The notes: a model not told the origin generated them from the letters alone. DNA of 37,107 nucleotides from Candidatus Bathyarchaeia archaeon (GCA_038825355.1 JAWBPF010000001.1:2183-39289), one strand, 5' to 3'; shown: positions 18,395 to 28,387, counted from the stretch's first letter. Translations and numbers: made by a program.

Positions 18395-19003
18395 AGGCGT
18401 CAGAGAGCAGGGCTTGAATCATCCTTCTTCTTTTTACATCTCCCCATAGGGTTCCTCCTCCCTCTTTCTCACTAAGTCAATATATGAGTTCGGGTTATAT
18501 TAAAATTAGTCTTTTTCATATATAGTTTAGTCTTTCCTATAATTCCAAGAATCAATCTTCGGCGTCTCCACATATGGAGCTCAGTTGGGGGCTTATCCTT
18601 CAATAGTGTAGCCGCGAATCAAATATATTTGAATAGCGGATTCCTCTATGTCTCTTCCCTTGAGCATTGTTTACATAGCTTTCGTTGCATCTCTAACTTG
18701 GGATAGGTGTGAGGCCTTTAAAATTTTTAACGGTTGCTGAGGAGCGAGCTAGAATCTCTGAAACCCTACATGTTGTAACCTCTAAGGTTAATCATATTAT
18801 AGTGATTTAAATCTGGGCTAAAGCGGCTCTGGGTTTCTCAAAGGTAACTTCGGGAAGGTTGGTACCGTATGTGGAGTGCAACGTCCTGTTCCTCGGCAAT
18901 ATTGGAGGAGATAAAGGAAGGGATCCGAAAATTTTTTAAGTAGGATTATATAAATATTATCCAGGGGATTTCTTACCAGCCATTCAGCGACACACCTTCA
19001 AAG

Positions 19004-20542
19004 GTGGAGAGGATGGTTGAAATACTGCTTACCGCAGATAGGACCATGATGAGCAACTACCATGGAAAAGAATTCTTAGGCTTCGCAACAAGCGCCCCCC
19101 CCAATGTAATTCCAGATTGGCTTTTCAAGATCATGTTCTTCCCTCCGATCAAGAATAAAGAGGGTTTCCCCTTCGAAGCGCCTTACGGTCTTAGGAAAGT
19201 TGAGGCTAAGCTTTTAGATGAGGGCTTCGAAGTCCTGACCGTAGACCCAGACCACCTAGCCGCGTACATCGATGACGCAAAGGTATTAGGGGTCCACGTC
19301 ATGGATCCCTTCGGATTAGGACCATCGTCTACGACCTTCTCCAGGATCCTACGTACAGGGGAATCTTACCTCTCCAAATATTTCCGTTTAGTATTCATGA
19401 AGCCTGAAGTACGTAAAGCCAGGAGGAGGGGTTTACGTATAATTGTGGGCGGCCCAGGAGTATGGCAGTTTAAACATAGACCTGAAGCCCAAGAAGCATA
19501 TGGAATAGACTGCATAGTTGATGGAGAGTCGGAGCGGATCCTACCTCATATATTTAGGACGGCGTTGAACGGGGGGGAGTTGCCGAAATACTATGAGGTA
19601 CCTATCTATGATGCACCTAGCTTAGAGGAGATATCGGATATTAAGAATCCCTCTGTAAATGGGTTGATAGAGATAGGGAGAGGCTGTCCCAGGGGTTGCT
19701 CTTTCTGCAGCGTAACCCTCAAGTCTCTACGCTGGTATCCCCTGGATAAGATTGAGAGGGAGATTAAAGTGAACGTGAAGAACGGGGTAACCTCAGGGCT
19801 ACTCCATGCTGAGGATGTACTCCTTTACGGTTCAAGCTCAGTTATCCCTAACAGGGATAGAGTATTAGCTCTCCACGGTATGGTTAAGAGATATTATAGA
19901 AACTTCAGCTGGAGCCATGCCAGTATAGCTGCAATAGCTTCGGATCCAAGGCTGATAGGAGAGCTGCACGAGATATTGATCGATGGGAACCAGACTTGGT
20001 GGGGTGCGGAGATAGGTATAGAGACCGGCTCGCCTAGGCTCTTAAAGGAGGCTATGCCGGCTAAAGCTAAACCCTTCAGACCTGAGGAATGGCCAAATAT
20101 AGTGAAGGAGGCTGCAGGAGCCATGATGGATAACCGTTTGATACCTGCATGTACCTTGATAACGGGCTTACCACAAGAGAGGGAGGAAGATACCTTGAAG
20201 ACTCTTGAATTGATAGAGGATCTGAAATGGTTTAGAAGCCTCATCGTACCTCTATTCTTCGTCCCCATGGGGCGGCTCAGGGATAAAGACTGGTTCAAGT
20301 TTGAGGAGTTAACTGAGTTACAGAAGGAACTCATGGTCAAATGCCTAGGCCACGACCTACGCTGGGCGAGGGAGATGCTGGAATGGTACCTGGAGGGGAG
20401 ATGGTATGCGCCTGTCCTTGGAGGGCTCTACCGGATCTTCATATGGCTTCTAGAACGGAGGGGTAGAGAAGCCCGTCTCTTCGAGCTTGAGAAGGGTCCT
20501 GCTATCTCAGTTCCTCCTCCAACTCTTTCAGAAGCTGCCTAG
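19004..20542 (+). CDS. Radical SAM protein with an N-terminal B12-binding-like domain; function unknown
   Basis: The CPRGCSFC (CX3CX2C) motif follows an N-terminal Rossmann-like region. There are few other cysteines, so probably only one cluster. An alternative ATG at 19013 is preceded by GGTGGAG. Confidence 0.8.
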   Translation: MERMVEILLTADRTMMSNYHGKEFLGFATSAPPNVIPDWLFKIMFFPPIKNKEGFPFEAPYGLRKVEAKLLDEGFEVLTVDPDHLAAYIDDAKVLGVHVMDPFGLGPSSTTFSRILRTGESYLSKYFRLVFMKPEVRKARRRGLRIIVGGPGVWQFKHRPEAQEAYGIDCIVDGESERILPHIFRTALNGGELPKYYEVPIYDAPSLEEISDIKNPSVNGLIEIGRGCPRGCSFCSVTLKSLRWYPLDKIEREIKVNVKNGVTSGLLHAEDVLLYGSSSVIPNRDRVLALHGMVKRYYRNFSWSHASIAAIASDPRLIGELHEILIDGNQTWWGAEIGIETGSPRLLKEAMPAKAKPFRPEEWPNIVKEAAGAMMDNRLIPACTLITGLPQEREEDTLKTLELIEDLKWFRSLIVPLFFVPMGRLRDKDWFKFEELTELQKELMVKCLGHDLRWAREMLEWYLEGRWYAPVLGGLYRIFIWLLERRGREARLFELEKGPAISVPPPTLSEAA

Positions 20543-21581
20543 CCTTCGGAGTAAGGTTTGTAGGGGTCTCAACCCTAACTTTTACGAGTAGGTCGCCGCG
20601 TCCCCCCTCCACGGATGGGAGTCCATATCCTTCCTTCCTGAAGACGGCTCCTGTCTGAGTTCCAGGGGGGATACTTATCCTAACCTTGCCTCCGAGGAGG
20701 GTTGGCACGTCGATGTCTCCGCCTAGAGCTGCCTTCACCATGTTCACACCAGCATCGCATATTAAGTCGCTGCCTTTCCTTTTGAATCGTGGATGCGGCT
20801 TCACATGTATTACAACGTATAGGTCTCCTGGGGGAGCCCCGTTTAGGCCTGGTTCCCCCTTCCCCCTTAGGAATAGGCTTGATCCATCTTCGACTCCCGG
20901 GGGTATATTCACCTCTATGGACCTCTCAGTGTTGACCGATCCTGTGCCTTCGCATTCCCGACATGGATCCTCTATTATCAGTCCGGTTCCTCTGCAATGG
21001 TTGCATGGAGTTATTTGGACGAAGGTTGCATACCCGGAACTCTGGCTGCGTTCTATCCTTCCACTGCCTTTACATTTCGGACAAGTCTTCTTTGAAGTGC
21101 CGGGTTTAGCGCCGGATCCCTTACAAATGGGGCATTCCTCCTTTATGGGGATCCTTAGTATAGCCACGCTCCCCCTGGCTACTTCTTCTAGGCTCACTTC
21201 TAAGTCGTATCTTAGGTCGGCTCCTCTACTTACATGTCCTGCCCCGGGTCCACGTCTGAAGAGTAGGTCGAATATCCGGTCGAAGCCTCCGAATCCTAGA
21301 TCTCTGAATATGTCGTCGAAGTCTATACCTCTGAATAGGTCTTCGGGGCTGTAGCGGGCTCCAATCCCCTCACGGCCTAACAGGTCGTATTGTCTCCTCT
21401 TCTCATCATCTGAGAGGACAGCATACGCCTCTGAGATCTCCTTGAATCTCTCCTCTGCGTCGGGGGATTTATTCCTATCCGGGTGATATTTGAGCGCTAA
21501 CCTCCGGTAAGCCTTCTTTATCTCCTCCTTAGATGCATTCCTGCTAACACCCAGTATCTTATAATAGTCCTTGTAAGCCAT
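20502..21581 (-). CDS. dnaJ: Molecular chaperone DnaJ (Hsp40)
   Basis: J domain with HPD and four CxxCxGxG zinc-finger repeats. Confidence 0.95.
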   Translation of the reverse strand: MAYKDYYKILGVSRNASKEEIKKAYRRLALKYHPDRNKSPDAEERFKEISEAYAVLSDDEKRRQYDLLGREGIGARYSPEDLFRGIDFDDIFRDLGFGGFDRIFDLLFRRGPGAGHVSRGADLRYDLEVSLEEVARGSVAILRIPIKEECPICKGSGAKPGTSKKTCPKCKGSGRIERSQSSGYATFVQITPCNHCRGTGLIIEDPCRECEGTGSVNTERSIEVNIPPGVEDGSSLFLRGKGEPGLNGAPPGDLYVVIHVKPHPRFKRKGSDLICDAGVNMVKAALGGDIDVPTLLGGKVRISIPPGTQTGAVFRKEGYGLPSVEGGRGDLLVKVRVETPTNLTPKARQLLKELEEELR

Positions 21582-21657
21582 CGTAAAGCATACTCTCTAT
21601 CGTTGAAGGCATCATTCAGGATTTTCTACGTTCACAGATGATTTTTCCATTTCTATT

Positions 21658-23487
21658 CTATTTCTCTCTGCTTTCATCGGTTTCCTGTTGAGATGTCTTA
21701 CTCTGGGATTCTTCGGTTTTAGCGTATTGTTGAGCGGCTTGCTGGTAGACCTTCGAGCCTATCTCTTGGAGTATCCTTGATAATTCTTCGCTCCTCCTCT
21801 TAATCTCATCGACGTCTTTCCCCTGGAGGGCTTCTCTCAGTTCTTTGACTGCTTTATCTACGCGCTCCGTCTCATCCTTGGAGAGTTTCTCGGCGAGTTC
21901 CATCTTAGTCTTCTCGGAGACGTATATCAGGTTATCTGCTTGATTCCTGATCTCCGCCTCCTCTCTCTTCCTACGATCCTGCTCTGCGAATTGTTCAGCC
22001 TCCTTTACCATGCGGTCTATCTCATCCTTGGACAGCTTGGTTGACGCCGTAATGGTTATCTTCTGCTCCTTCGCTGTGGCTAGATCTTTAGCTGAGACGT
22101 TTAGTATTCCGTTGGCGTCTATGTCGAAGGTTACCTCTATCTGGGGTACTCCCCTAGGGGCGGGCGGGATCCCGGTGAGGTGGAACATGCCTAGCGAGAC
22201 GTTGTCCGAGGCCATGGGCCTCTCACCTTGTAGTACGTGGATTGTAACGCTGGTTTGGAAATCGGCTGCCGTCGTGAATACCTGGCTTCTCTTACAGGGT
22301 ATTGTGGTGTTCCGCTCGATTATCCTCGTGAATACTCCGCCTAGAGTCTCCACCCCTAGGGATAGCGGCGTCACATCTAATAGTACTATGTCCTTTATTT
22401 CTCCGGCGATTATCGCACCTTGGATCGCGGCGCCTATCGCTACGCATTCCATGGGGTCTATCCCCCTCTCAGGGGGTTTACCCATGATATCCTCGACGAA
22501 TTTTTGGACTATTGGCATCCTAGTAGGTCCTCCTACCAGGATTATCTTGTCTATATCTTTAGGGGTCGTCTTTGCATCCTCTAGGGCCTGCATCATGGGT
22601 TTCCTGCAGCGTTCAATTATAGGTCTTACGAGTTCCTCGAGTTTGGCTCTTGTTATCTGCGTGTTTAGATGTTTTGGGCCTGAATTGTCTGCGGCTATGA
22701 AGGGAAGGTTTATCTCTGTTGTAGGTAGGGTTGAGAGTTCTATCTTCGCCTTTTCAGCGGCTTCCCTCACCCTTTGGAGGGCCATCTTATCCTGGGAGAG
22801 GTCTATACCGGTGTCCTTCCTGAAGCCTTCAACTATATGGTCTGTCAAGGCTTTATCCATGTCCGTGCCGCCTAGCTGGGTGTCGCCGCTCGTGGATTTA
22901 ACTTCGAAGACTCCTTCACCAAATTCTAAGATTGTAACGTCTAAGGTGCCTCCGCCGAAGTCGAAGACCATTATCCTCAGTTCTTTATCGGATTTATCGA
23001 TTCCATAGGCTAGGGACGCTGCAGTGGGCTCATTTATTATACGTACGACTTCTAGGCCGGCTATAGCTCCGGCATCCTTGGTGGCTTGACGTTGATTATC
23101 ATTGAAGTAGGCGGGAACTGTGATGACCGCTTTCTTCACCGGCTCTCCGAGGAAGGCTTCAGAGTCCCTCTTTATCTTCTGTAATATGAAGGCGGATATC
23201 TGCTGGGGGGTATACTCCTTATCGAATACCTTGACTTTATAGTCTGTGCCCATCTTCCTCTTTATCGCCGTCACTGTCCCCTCAGGGTTTGTAATCGCCT
23301 GACGCCTAGCAGGTTCCCCCACCAGTATCTCGCCGTCCCTTGTGAAAGCTACGATCGATGGGAAAGCCTTCCCTCCAACAGTGGTTCCTTCAGCGCTGGG
23401 GATTATGACGGGTTTACCGCCAATCATCACAGCAGCTGCCGAATTGCTCGTGCCTAGGTCTATGCCTATTATCTTTTCAGCCATCAC
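21658..23487 (-). CDS. dnaK: Molecular chaperone DnaK (Hsp70)
   Basis: [18 protein letters not shown] and VGGPTRMP motifs. 609 aa. Confidence 0.97.
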   Translation of the reverse strand: MMAEKIIGIDLGTSNSAAAVMIGGKPVIIPSAEGTTVGGKAFPSIVAFTRDGEILVGEPARRQAITNPEGTVTAIKRKMGTDYKVKVFDKEYTPQQISAFILQKIKRDSEAFLGEPVKKAVITVPAYFNDNQRQATKDAGAIAGLEVVRIINEPTAASLAYGIDKSDKELRIMVFDFGGGTLDVTILEFGEGVFEVKSTSGDTQLGGTDMDKALTDHIVEGFRKDTGIDLSQDKMALQRVREAAEKAKIELSTLPTTEINLPFIAADNSGPKHLNTQITRAKLEELVRPIIERCRKPMMQALEDAKTTPKDIDKIILVGGPTRMPIVQKFVEDIMGKPPERGIDPMECVAIGAAIQGAIIAGEIKDIVLLDVTPLSLGVETLGGVFTRIIERNTTIPCKRSQVFTTAADFQTSVTIHVLQGERPMASDNVSLGMFHLTGIPPAPRGVPQIEVTFDIDANGILNVSAKDLATAKEQKITITASTKLSKDEIDRMVKEAEQFAEQDRRKREEAEIRNQADNLIYVSEKTKMELAEKLSKDETERVDKAVKELREALQGKDVDEIKRRSEELSRILQEIGSKVYQQAAQQYAKTEESQSKTSQQETDESREK

Positions 23488-23591
23488 TCCTCACCTTTCT
23501 CCCAGTTATAGATAGATGAATGGGATACTCCATAAGATGGCGAATACCCATGTTAAATTTGAAGAGGAGATTTATTTCTGTTTTTATATTT

Positions 23592-24185
23592 CTATCGTTC
23601 ATTTTTAACCACTTCCACTAGGCTCGGCCTTAAGAGGCGTCCTTTTAACATGTAGCCCTTTCTAAGTTCCCTTACGATTACTCCGTCTTCAAGACCTGGA
23701 TTTGAGACTTGGCTTATCGCCTCATGCCTCGATGGGTCGAAGACGCTACCCGTAGCCTTTATCTCCTCCAACCCCTCCCCTCTCAGGATGGCTAGCATGT
23801 TCCTCAGGATCATCTCTACCCCTTCCAGTAGGTCATCTTTGGAGTTTGAATTCATCCCGTGCTCCACCGCCTTCTCCAGGTCGTCTATTACTGGGAGGAG
23901 GCGGAGTATGAGCTGCTCATTACTCCTCCTGATTCTGTCTCTGGCTTCATTTTCTATCCTCTTTAAATGGTTTTCGAAATCGGCTTGGAGGTATCTCAAC
24001 CGTTCAAGGTAACGTGCTGAAAGCCTACGTTCTTCTTCGAGGGCCTTCTTTAGCTCCTCCATCTCCCTCTTATAGGATCTGGACGGCCTCTTAGCCTTCC
24101 TCTCTATCTCCTTCCCTTCCTCATCCTTTTTCTCAGCCATCTCCAATCCCTTGGGTGGTGATCCCATCTGGAATCCAATCGTCAT
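23592..24185 (-). CDS. grpE: Nucleotide exchange factor GrpE
   Basis: Coiled-coil N-terminal region, FDPSRHEA motif, and a position upstream of dnaK. Alternative starts at 24167 and 24140. Confidence 0.9.
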   Translation of the reverse strand: MTIGFQMGSPPKGLEMAEKKDEEGKEIERKAKRPSRSYKREMEELKKALEEERRLSARYLERLRYLQADFENHLKRIENEARDRIRRSNEQLILRLLPVIDDLEKAVEHGMNSNSKDDLLEGVEMILRNMLAILRGEGLEEIKATGSVFDPSRHEAISQVSNPGLEDGVIVRELRKGYMLKGRLLRPSLVEVVKNER

Positions 24186-24418
24186 AGATGGTTATAGAAT
24201 GCTATGTAGCCGTTTGGATCAGTTTTCCTATAAACTTTTTGGATCGTTTCTACTCTATTGGTCCGGGCTTAGACCAGGTTTTTGGCTGGTTTCATGCCTG
24301 TTCTTCTAGGCCTCCTCAGATCTTTTTCGTTGGCCTCATGTCCGATCCATTCTTAGGATTCAACGGGATCTAAGGATGTTCAGGAAGGGCTGTCCATGGG
24401 ATTCCTGGGGGTTTTCTC

Positions 24419-24426
24419 CTTTATAT
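24419..24426 (+). promoter_or_regulatory. TATA-like box CTTTATAT upstream of rpl7ae
   Basis: An exact 8-mer shared with three other + strand sites (28999, 29469, 29722). It lies 81 nt upstream of the rpl7ae ATG. Confidence 0.35.
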
Positions 24427-24488
24427 CTCGGTTTTGAGTCTTTCATCGAAAGGTTCATTAGAGAGCGGGGTATCCATTACGGGTTGTA

Positions 24489-24506
24489 GGCTGATGAGGG
24501 TGAAGC
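24489..24506 (+). promoter_or_regulatory. K-turn/K-loop in the rpl7ae 5' leader, overlapping the ribosome-binding site
   Basis: GGCU-GAU-GA-GGGU-GA-AGC. C-stem GCU/AGC, 3-nt bulge GAU, tandem sheared G.A/A.G pairs (24496/24503 and 24497/24502), 4-nt loop. It ends 1 nt before the ATG and contains the GAGGGUGA Shine-Dalgarno-like sequence. Confidence 0.5.
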
Positions 24507-24911
24507 ATGATGTCTAAACAGTTCTATGTTAGGTTTGGGGTGCCTAAGGAGGTTGCTGACAAGGCCTACCAGCTGGTTCAGATTTCCCGGGACTCCGGTA
24601 AGATTAGGAAGGGGACTAATGAGTCTACTAAGGCTGTGGAGAGGGGTGTTGCCAGGCTCGTCGTCATAGCGGAGGATGTGGATCCCCCCCAGGTGGTGGC
24701 GCATCTCCCCCTCCTATGCGAGGAGCGTAGGGTGCCCTACCTCTACGTGCCGAGTAAGTCTGATCTGGGCAGCGCGGCAGGCTTGGAGGTTGGCTGCGCA
24801 GCTGTCTCCATCCTAGAGGGGGGAGACGCTGCCGAGACCTTGAAGGAGCTTGTTGAGGCGGCGAATAGATTGAGGGGTGAGGGTGTAAAGAAGGTTGAGC
24901 AGCAAGGCTAG
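24507..24911 (+). CDS. rpl7ae: 50S ribosomal protein L7Ae
   Basis: [35 protein letters not shown] and VPYLYVPSK motifs. Confidence 0.95.
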   Translation: MMSKQFYVRFGVPKEVADKAYQLVQISRDSGKIRKGTNESTKAVERGVARLVVIAEDVDPPQVVAHLPLLCEERRVPYLYVPSKSDLGSAAGLEVGCAAVSILEGGDAAETLKELVEAANRLRGEGVKKVEQQG

Positions 24912-25116
24912 GGTTGAGGAGCAGCCTACGCCGGCTGAGGTTACCCAGATAATCGGTAGAACGGGGATCACAGGCGAGGTCATACAGGTCAGGGTTAGAA
25001 TCCTGGAGGGCAAGGATAAGGGGAGGATCATAACCAGGAATGTGAAGGGGCCCGTAAGGCTAGGCGACATACTCCTGCTTAGGGAGACTGAGAGGGAGGC
25101 TAAGAAGATACGGTGA
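24895..25116 (+). CDS. rps28e: 30S ribosomal protein S28e
   Basis: [27 protein letters not shown]...[27 protein letters not shown] start, overlapping the rpl7ae 3' end by 17 nt. Confidence 0.9.
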   Translation: MSSKARVEEQPTPAEVTQIIGRTGITGEVIQVRVRILEGKDKGRIITRNVKGPVRLGDILLLRETEREAKKIR

Positions 25117-25152
25117 GCACCTAGGGTTGAGGGGGGGCCGGAGACGCCTAGG

Positions 25153-25338
25153 ATGTTGAAGTGTTCCTTCTGCGGTAAGGAGTTCAGACAGGGCACGGGA
25201 ATAATATTCGTTAAACGAGACGGAACCATGCTCCGATTCTGCTCGAGTAAATGCCGTAAAAGCTTCCTAGTACTTAGAAGGGATCCTAGGAAGCTGAAAT
25301 GGACTGTATATCATGGATTGAAGGAGAGGGGCGCCTAG
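25153..25338 (+). CDS. rpl24e: 50S ribosomal protein L24e
   Basis: [21 protein letters not shown]...FCSSKC zinc-ribbon pattern. Confidence 0.92.
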   Translation: MLKCSFCGKEFRQGTGIIFVKRDGTMLRFCSSKCRKSFLVLRRDPRKLKWTVYHGLKERGA

Positions 25339-25569
25339 AGAGAGGGAAACCGAGATATCCGTCCTGAGTTTAAGGGGGAGCCGGTGAATAAAAAAGTTAA
25401 AGGGTAGGAGGCTCCTGGAGAATTAGATGAAGCCTTCTGGGAGCCCTTGGGGATCCCTCATGCATGTGCTTAGCCGCTGGAGGGAGATGGGGATAGTCCT
25501 TTAGGGCGGCTGATAGGAGGCCTGGGCTTAATCAGGTTTGCTGGTTTGATTTGAAGTGGAGGTGGGTCT

Positions 25570-27330
25570 ATGTCTATTCGCCAGCCTGTGGTGGCTGTTC
25601 TTGGCCATGTGGATCATGGTAAGACCACTCTACTGGATGGGATCAGGGGGACAACTGTGGCTTTGAGGGAGCCTGGATCTATGACTCAGTGGATAGGCGC
25701 CAGCCTAATCCCGGGGGAGGTCTTGGGGAAGATCTGCGGCCCCCTACTGGGGAGGTTCAAGTTTGAGATAGTTATACCTGGGCTGCTCTTCATAGATACT
25801 CCGGGCCATGAGACCTTCTCGAATCTACGCCGGAGAGGAGGGTCGGCTGCTGACATAGCTGTGCTCGTGATAGACGTATTGAAGGGTGTGGAGCCTCAGA
25901 CGGTGGAGTCCCTGGAGATACTTCGAGATAGGAAGGTTCCATTTCTGGTGGCGGCCAATAAGATAGATGTCATCCCAGGCTGGAGGATGGGTTCAAGCTT
26001 CTTCCTGGAATCCCTTAAGCTTCAATCTGCAGAGGCTAGGGGGCTCCTGGACGAGCATGTATACAGGATCATGGGGGACTTATCGTTCAGGGGATTCACA
26101 GCTGAGAGGTTTGATAGGATAAAGGATTTCAGGAGGCAGGTGGCCATTGTGCCGACCAGTGCTAAAACGGGTGAGGGGATACCTGAGCTATTAGCGGTCC
26201 TCGTAGGTTTAACTCAGGCCTATATGAAGGAGCTTTTGAAGGTTACTTCAGGTCCAGGCAGGGCTGTAGTCTTGGAGGTTAAGGAGGAACTGGGGCTTGG
26301 AGTCACCTTGAATACGATATTATATGATGGAAGGCTGAGGGTTAACGATAGAATAGTGCTGGGGGGCAGGGATAAGATCATAGATACGAGGATTAGGGCT
26401 ATCCTGGTTCCGAAGCCTCTGGATGAGATTAGGGATCCCAGGGACAGGTTCAACAGCGTCGAGGGAGTGGATGCCGCGGCGGGGGTTAAGATAGCTGCTC
26501 CAGGCCTTGAGGATGCCTTGGCTGGATCGCCGTTATACGTGGTCCCTGAAGGGGGGTCCCTGGAGGATTATAGGCGTAGGATAATGGAGGAGATAGGGCA
26601 GCTTAGGATTAGGACCGACCGGATGGGCGTAGTGGTTAAGGCTGACACCCTTGGAAGCTTGGAGGCTATGATAGATACGTTGAGGAGGCTGAGGATCCCG
26701 ATTAGGCTGGCGGATGTAGGAGACGTATCCAGGAGGGACGTCGTAGAGGCGGAGGCCGTGAGGTTGAAGGATCCGATCCTTGGAGTCATCTTATCCTTCA
26801 ACGTAAGGGTCCTCCCAGACGCTGAGAAGGAGTTGGCGGATAAGGGTATACCGTTGTTCGCTTCAAACATCCTGTTCAGGCTCGTGGAGGATTATGGGGA
26901 GTGGGCTGAGAGGGAGAGGCTGAGCCGGGTTAAGGCTGAACTTGATAAACTGATAAGGCCTGGTAAACTTAAGGTCTTGCAGGGCTACGTATTCCGTAGG
27001 AGTAAGCCAGCCATTGTTGGGGTGGAGGTTCAAGCTGGGAGGATAAGGGCTGGATACCCCCTCATATCCTTGAGGGGGAGACGTTTGGGAAACGTATTGA
27101 AGATCCAGGATAAGGGGTTAGACGTGGAGGAGGCTGTGGAGGGATCCAAGGTGGCAGTATCCATAAGTGAGGGGGTTATAGGGAGGAACCTAGATGAGGA
27201 TGAGGTGCTCCTCGTAGAGGTTCCGCCTACTCACGCGGATATTCTCTTGAGGAGGTTTAGGGACGTCCTAGGGGAGTCTGAGTTGGAGGCGTTGAGGGCT
27301 CTCCAAGCCGTTAAGGAGAAGCCTGAATGA
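25570..27330 (+). CDS. infB: Translation initiation factor aIF5B (IF2-like GTPase)
   Basis: VLGHVDHGKTTLLD, DTPGHE and NKID GTPase motifs. 586 aa. Confidence 0.95.
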   Translation: MSIRQPVVAVLGHVDHGKTTLLDGIRGTTVALREPGSMTQWIGASLIPGEVLGKICGPLLGRFKFEIVIPGLLFIDTPGHETFSNLRRRGGSAADIAVLVIDVLKGVEPQTVESLEILRDRKVPFLVAANKIDVIPGWRMGSSFFLESLKLQSAEARGLLDEHVYRIMGDLSFRGFTAERFDRIKDFRRQVAIVPTSAKTGEGIPELLAVLVGLTQAYMKELLKVTSGPGRAVVLEVKEELGLGVTLNTILYDGRLRVNDRIVLGGRDKIIDTRIRAILVPKPLDEIRDPRDRFNSVEGVDAAAGVKIAAPGLEDALAGSPLYVVPEGGSLEDYRRRIMEEIGQLRIRTDRMGVVVKADTLGSLEAMIDTLRRLRIPIRLADVGDVSRRDVVEAEAVRLKDPILGVILSFNVRVLPDAEKELADKGIPLFASNILFRLVEDYGEWAERERLSRVKAELDKLIRPGKLKVLQGYVFRRSKPAIVGVEVQAGRIRAGYPLISLRGRRLGNVLKIQDKGLDVEEAVEGSKVAVSISEGVIGRNLDEDEVLLVEVPPTHADILLRRFRDVLGESELEALRALQAVKEKPE

Positions 27331-27458
27331 TCCGTAACCTATTTAAGGGCCTCCATCCAGATAGTCGCCATTGACTAAGGGAGAGGACGGGATGTCAGAT
27401 CCGATGAATGGGAGGAACCCGGCGGCGATGTCTAAGCCGGGGATGATGGAGGGTCCAC

Positions 27459-27839
27459 ATGCCCAAGTTTAAGATAGTGGTCTCAGATCCTAAGGAGGGT
27501 AAAACCCAGACGATAGAGTTGGAGGGTCCAGCAGCTAAGCCCCTAGTAGGTAGGGAGCTCGGAGAGACAATAGATGGAGGGATACTAGGTCTTCCGAAGT
27601 TGAAGGTTAAGATCACGGGTGGAACGGATAAAGATGGGATACCCATGAGGATGGACGTCCATGGAGGAGGCAAGAAGAAGATTATACTCTCAGGGGGTAT
27701 AGGATTCAAGCCTAAGAGGAAGGGGGAGAGGAGGAGGAAGCTCGTCAGGGGCAGGGTCGTAACAGAGGACACCTATCTCCTCAACATGGTCATACTCCAC
27801 GAGGAGGAGGCTGCGGCTAAGGCTGAGGCAGGATCATGA
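27459..27839 (+). CDS. rps6e: 30S ribosomal protein S6e
   Basis: MPKFKIVVSDPKEGKT...GGTDKDGIPMR family pattern. Confidence 0.93.
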   Translation: MPKFKIVVSDPKEGKTQTIELEGPAAKPLVGRELGETIDGGILGLPKLKVKITGGTDKDGIPMRMDVHGGGKKKIILSGGIGFKPKRKGERRRKLVRGRVVTEDTYLLNMVILHEEEAAAKAEAGS

Positions 27840-27860
27840 AGCAGAGGGGTGAGATGAATT

Positions 27861-28166
27861 ATGGAGTTGAAGGTGTTATCTGAGAGGTATAATCCCCTCC
27901 TTGGGAGGGAGGAGATCCAGGTGGAGATAGTTCATCCAGGCCAGGGGACGCCTACCAGGGCCTCAGCCAAGGAGTTTTTAGCTTCGAAGCTGAAGCTGGA
28001 TAAGGGCTTACTCGTGATAAGGAGGATGGCTACGAAGACGGGGTTGAATAGGACTTTATGTGAAGTGGAGGTTTACAGGGATGCGGAGCTTATGAGGAGG
28101 GTTTTCCCGAAGCATATAATCGAAAGGGAAACCCCTAAAGGAGAACAGAAGGGTCAGGGGGATTAG
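27861..28166 (+). CDS. rps24e: 30S ribosomal protein S24e
   Basis: NPLLGREEIQVEIVHPGQGTP pattern. Confidence 0.92.
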   Translation: MELKVLSERYNPLLGREEIQVEIVHPGQGTPTRASAKEFLASKLKLDKGLLVIRRMATKTGLNRTLCEVEVYRDAELMRRVFPKHIIERETPKGEQKGQGD

Positions 28167-28174
28167 ATGGATAG

Positions 28175-28387
28175 ATGAGTGGAGAAGAGGGGGATGGATC
28201 CGAGGCGGAGGCTAGGATAAGCCGTGTCTATGAATACGATTATGAGAAGGGTATCATTAAGCTGAGGAACAGGAAATGTCCTAGATGCGGGAATATAATG
28301 GCTCATCACGAGGCCCCGGTTGAGAGGTGGATGTGTGGAAGCTGCCATTACACGGAGATGACTGAGGCGGGGGCTATTCAACCATGA
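28175..28387 (+). CDS. rps27ae: 30S ribosomal protein S27ae
   Basis: CPRCGNIMAHH...CGSCHYTE zinc ribbon. Confidence 0.9.
   Translation: MSGEEGDGSEAEARISRVYEYDYEKGIIKLRNRKCPRCGNIMAHHEAPVERWMCGSCHYTEMTEAGAIQP

Noticed and set aside
16250-19000. Lower-GC block (glutaredoxin, M24 peptidase, NUDIX, spacer) as a horizontally acquired island
   Set aside because: The difference is only an impression by eye. The genes are ordinary housekeeping types, with no flanking repeats, tRNA or mobility genes. A computed GC/codon profile would be needed before any claim.
22010-23008. 332-aa + strand ORF inside dnaK. Similar long antisense ORFs occur at 20686-21354 (in dnaJ), 12294-12827 (in dapF), 19894-20340 (in the radical SAM gene), 9381-9656 and 9884-10177 (in the PLP enzyme), and 24813-25229 (across the rpl7ae-rps28e-rpl24e region).
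   Set aside because: These are shadow ORFs opposite or out of frame to strongly identified genes. Their translations are S/P/R/L-rich low-complexity strings with no motifs.
25420-25515. C/D-box sRNA in the rpl24e-infB spacer (AGAUGAAG ... GCUGAUAGG)
   Set aside because: The C-like box lacks the UGAUGA core. The spacing to the CUGA is about 85 nt with no internal D'/C' boxes and no terminal stem.
25339-25569. Decayed ndk pseudogene
   Set aside because: None of the frames shows NDK motifs or even a short colinear similarity. The spacer is also much shorter than an ndk gene.
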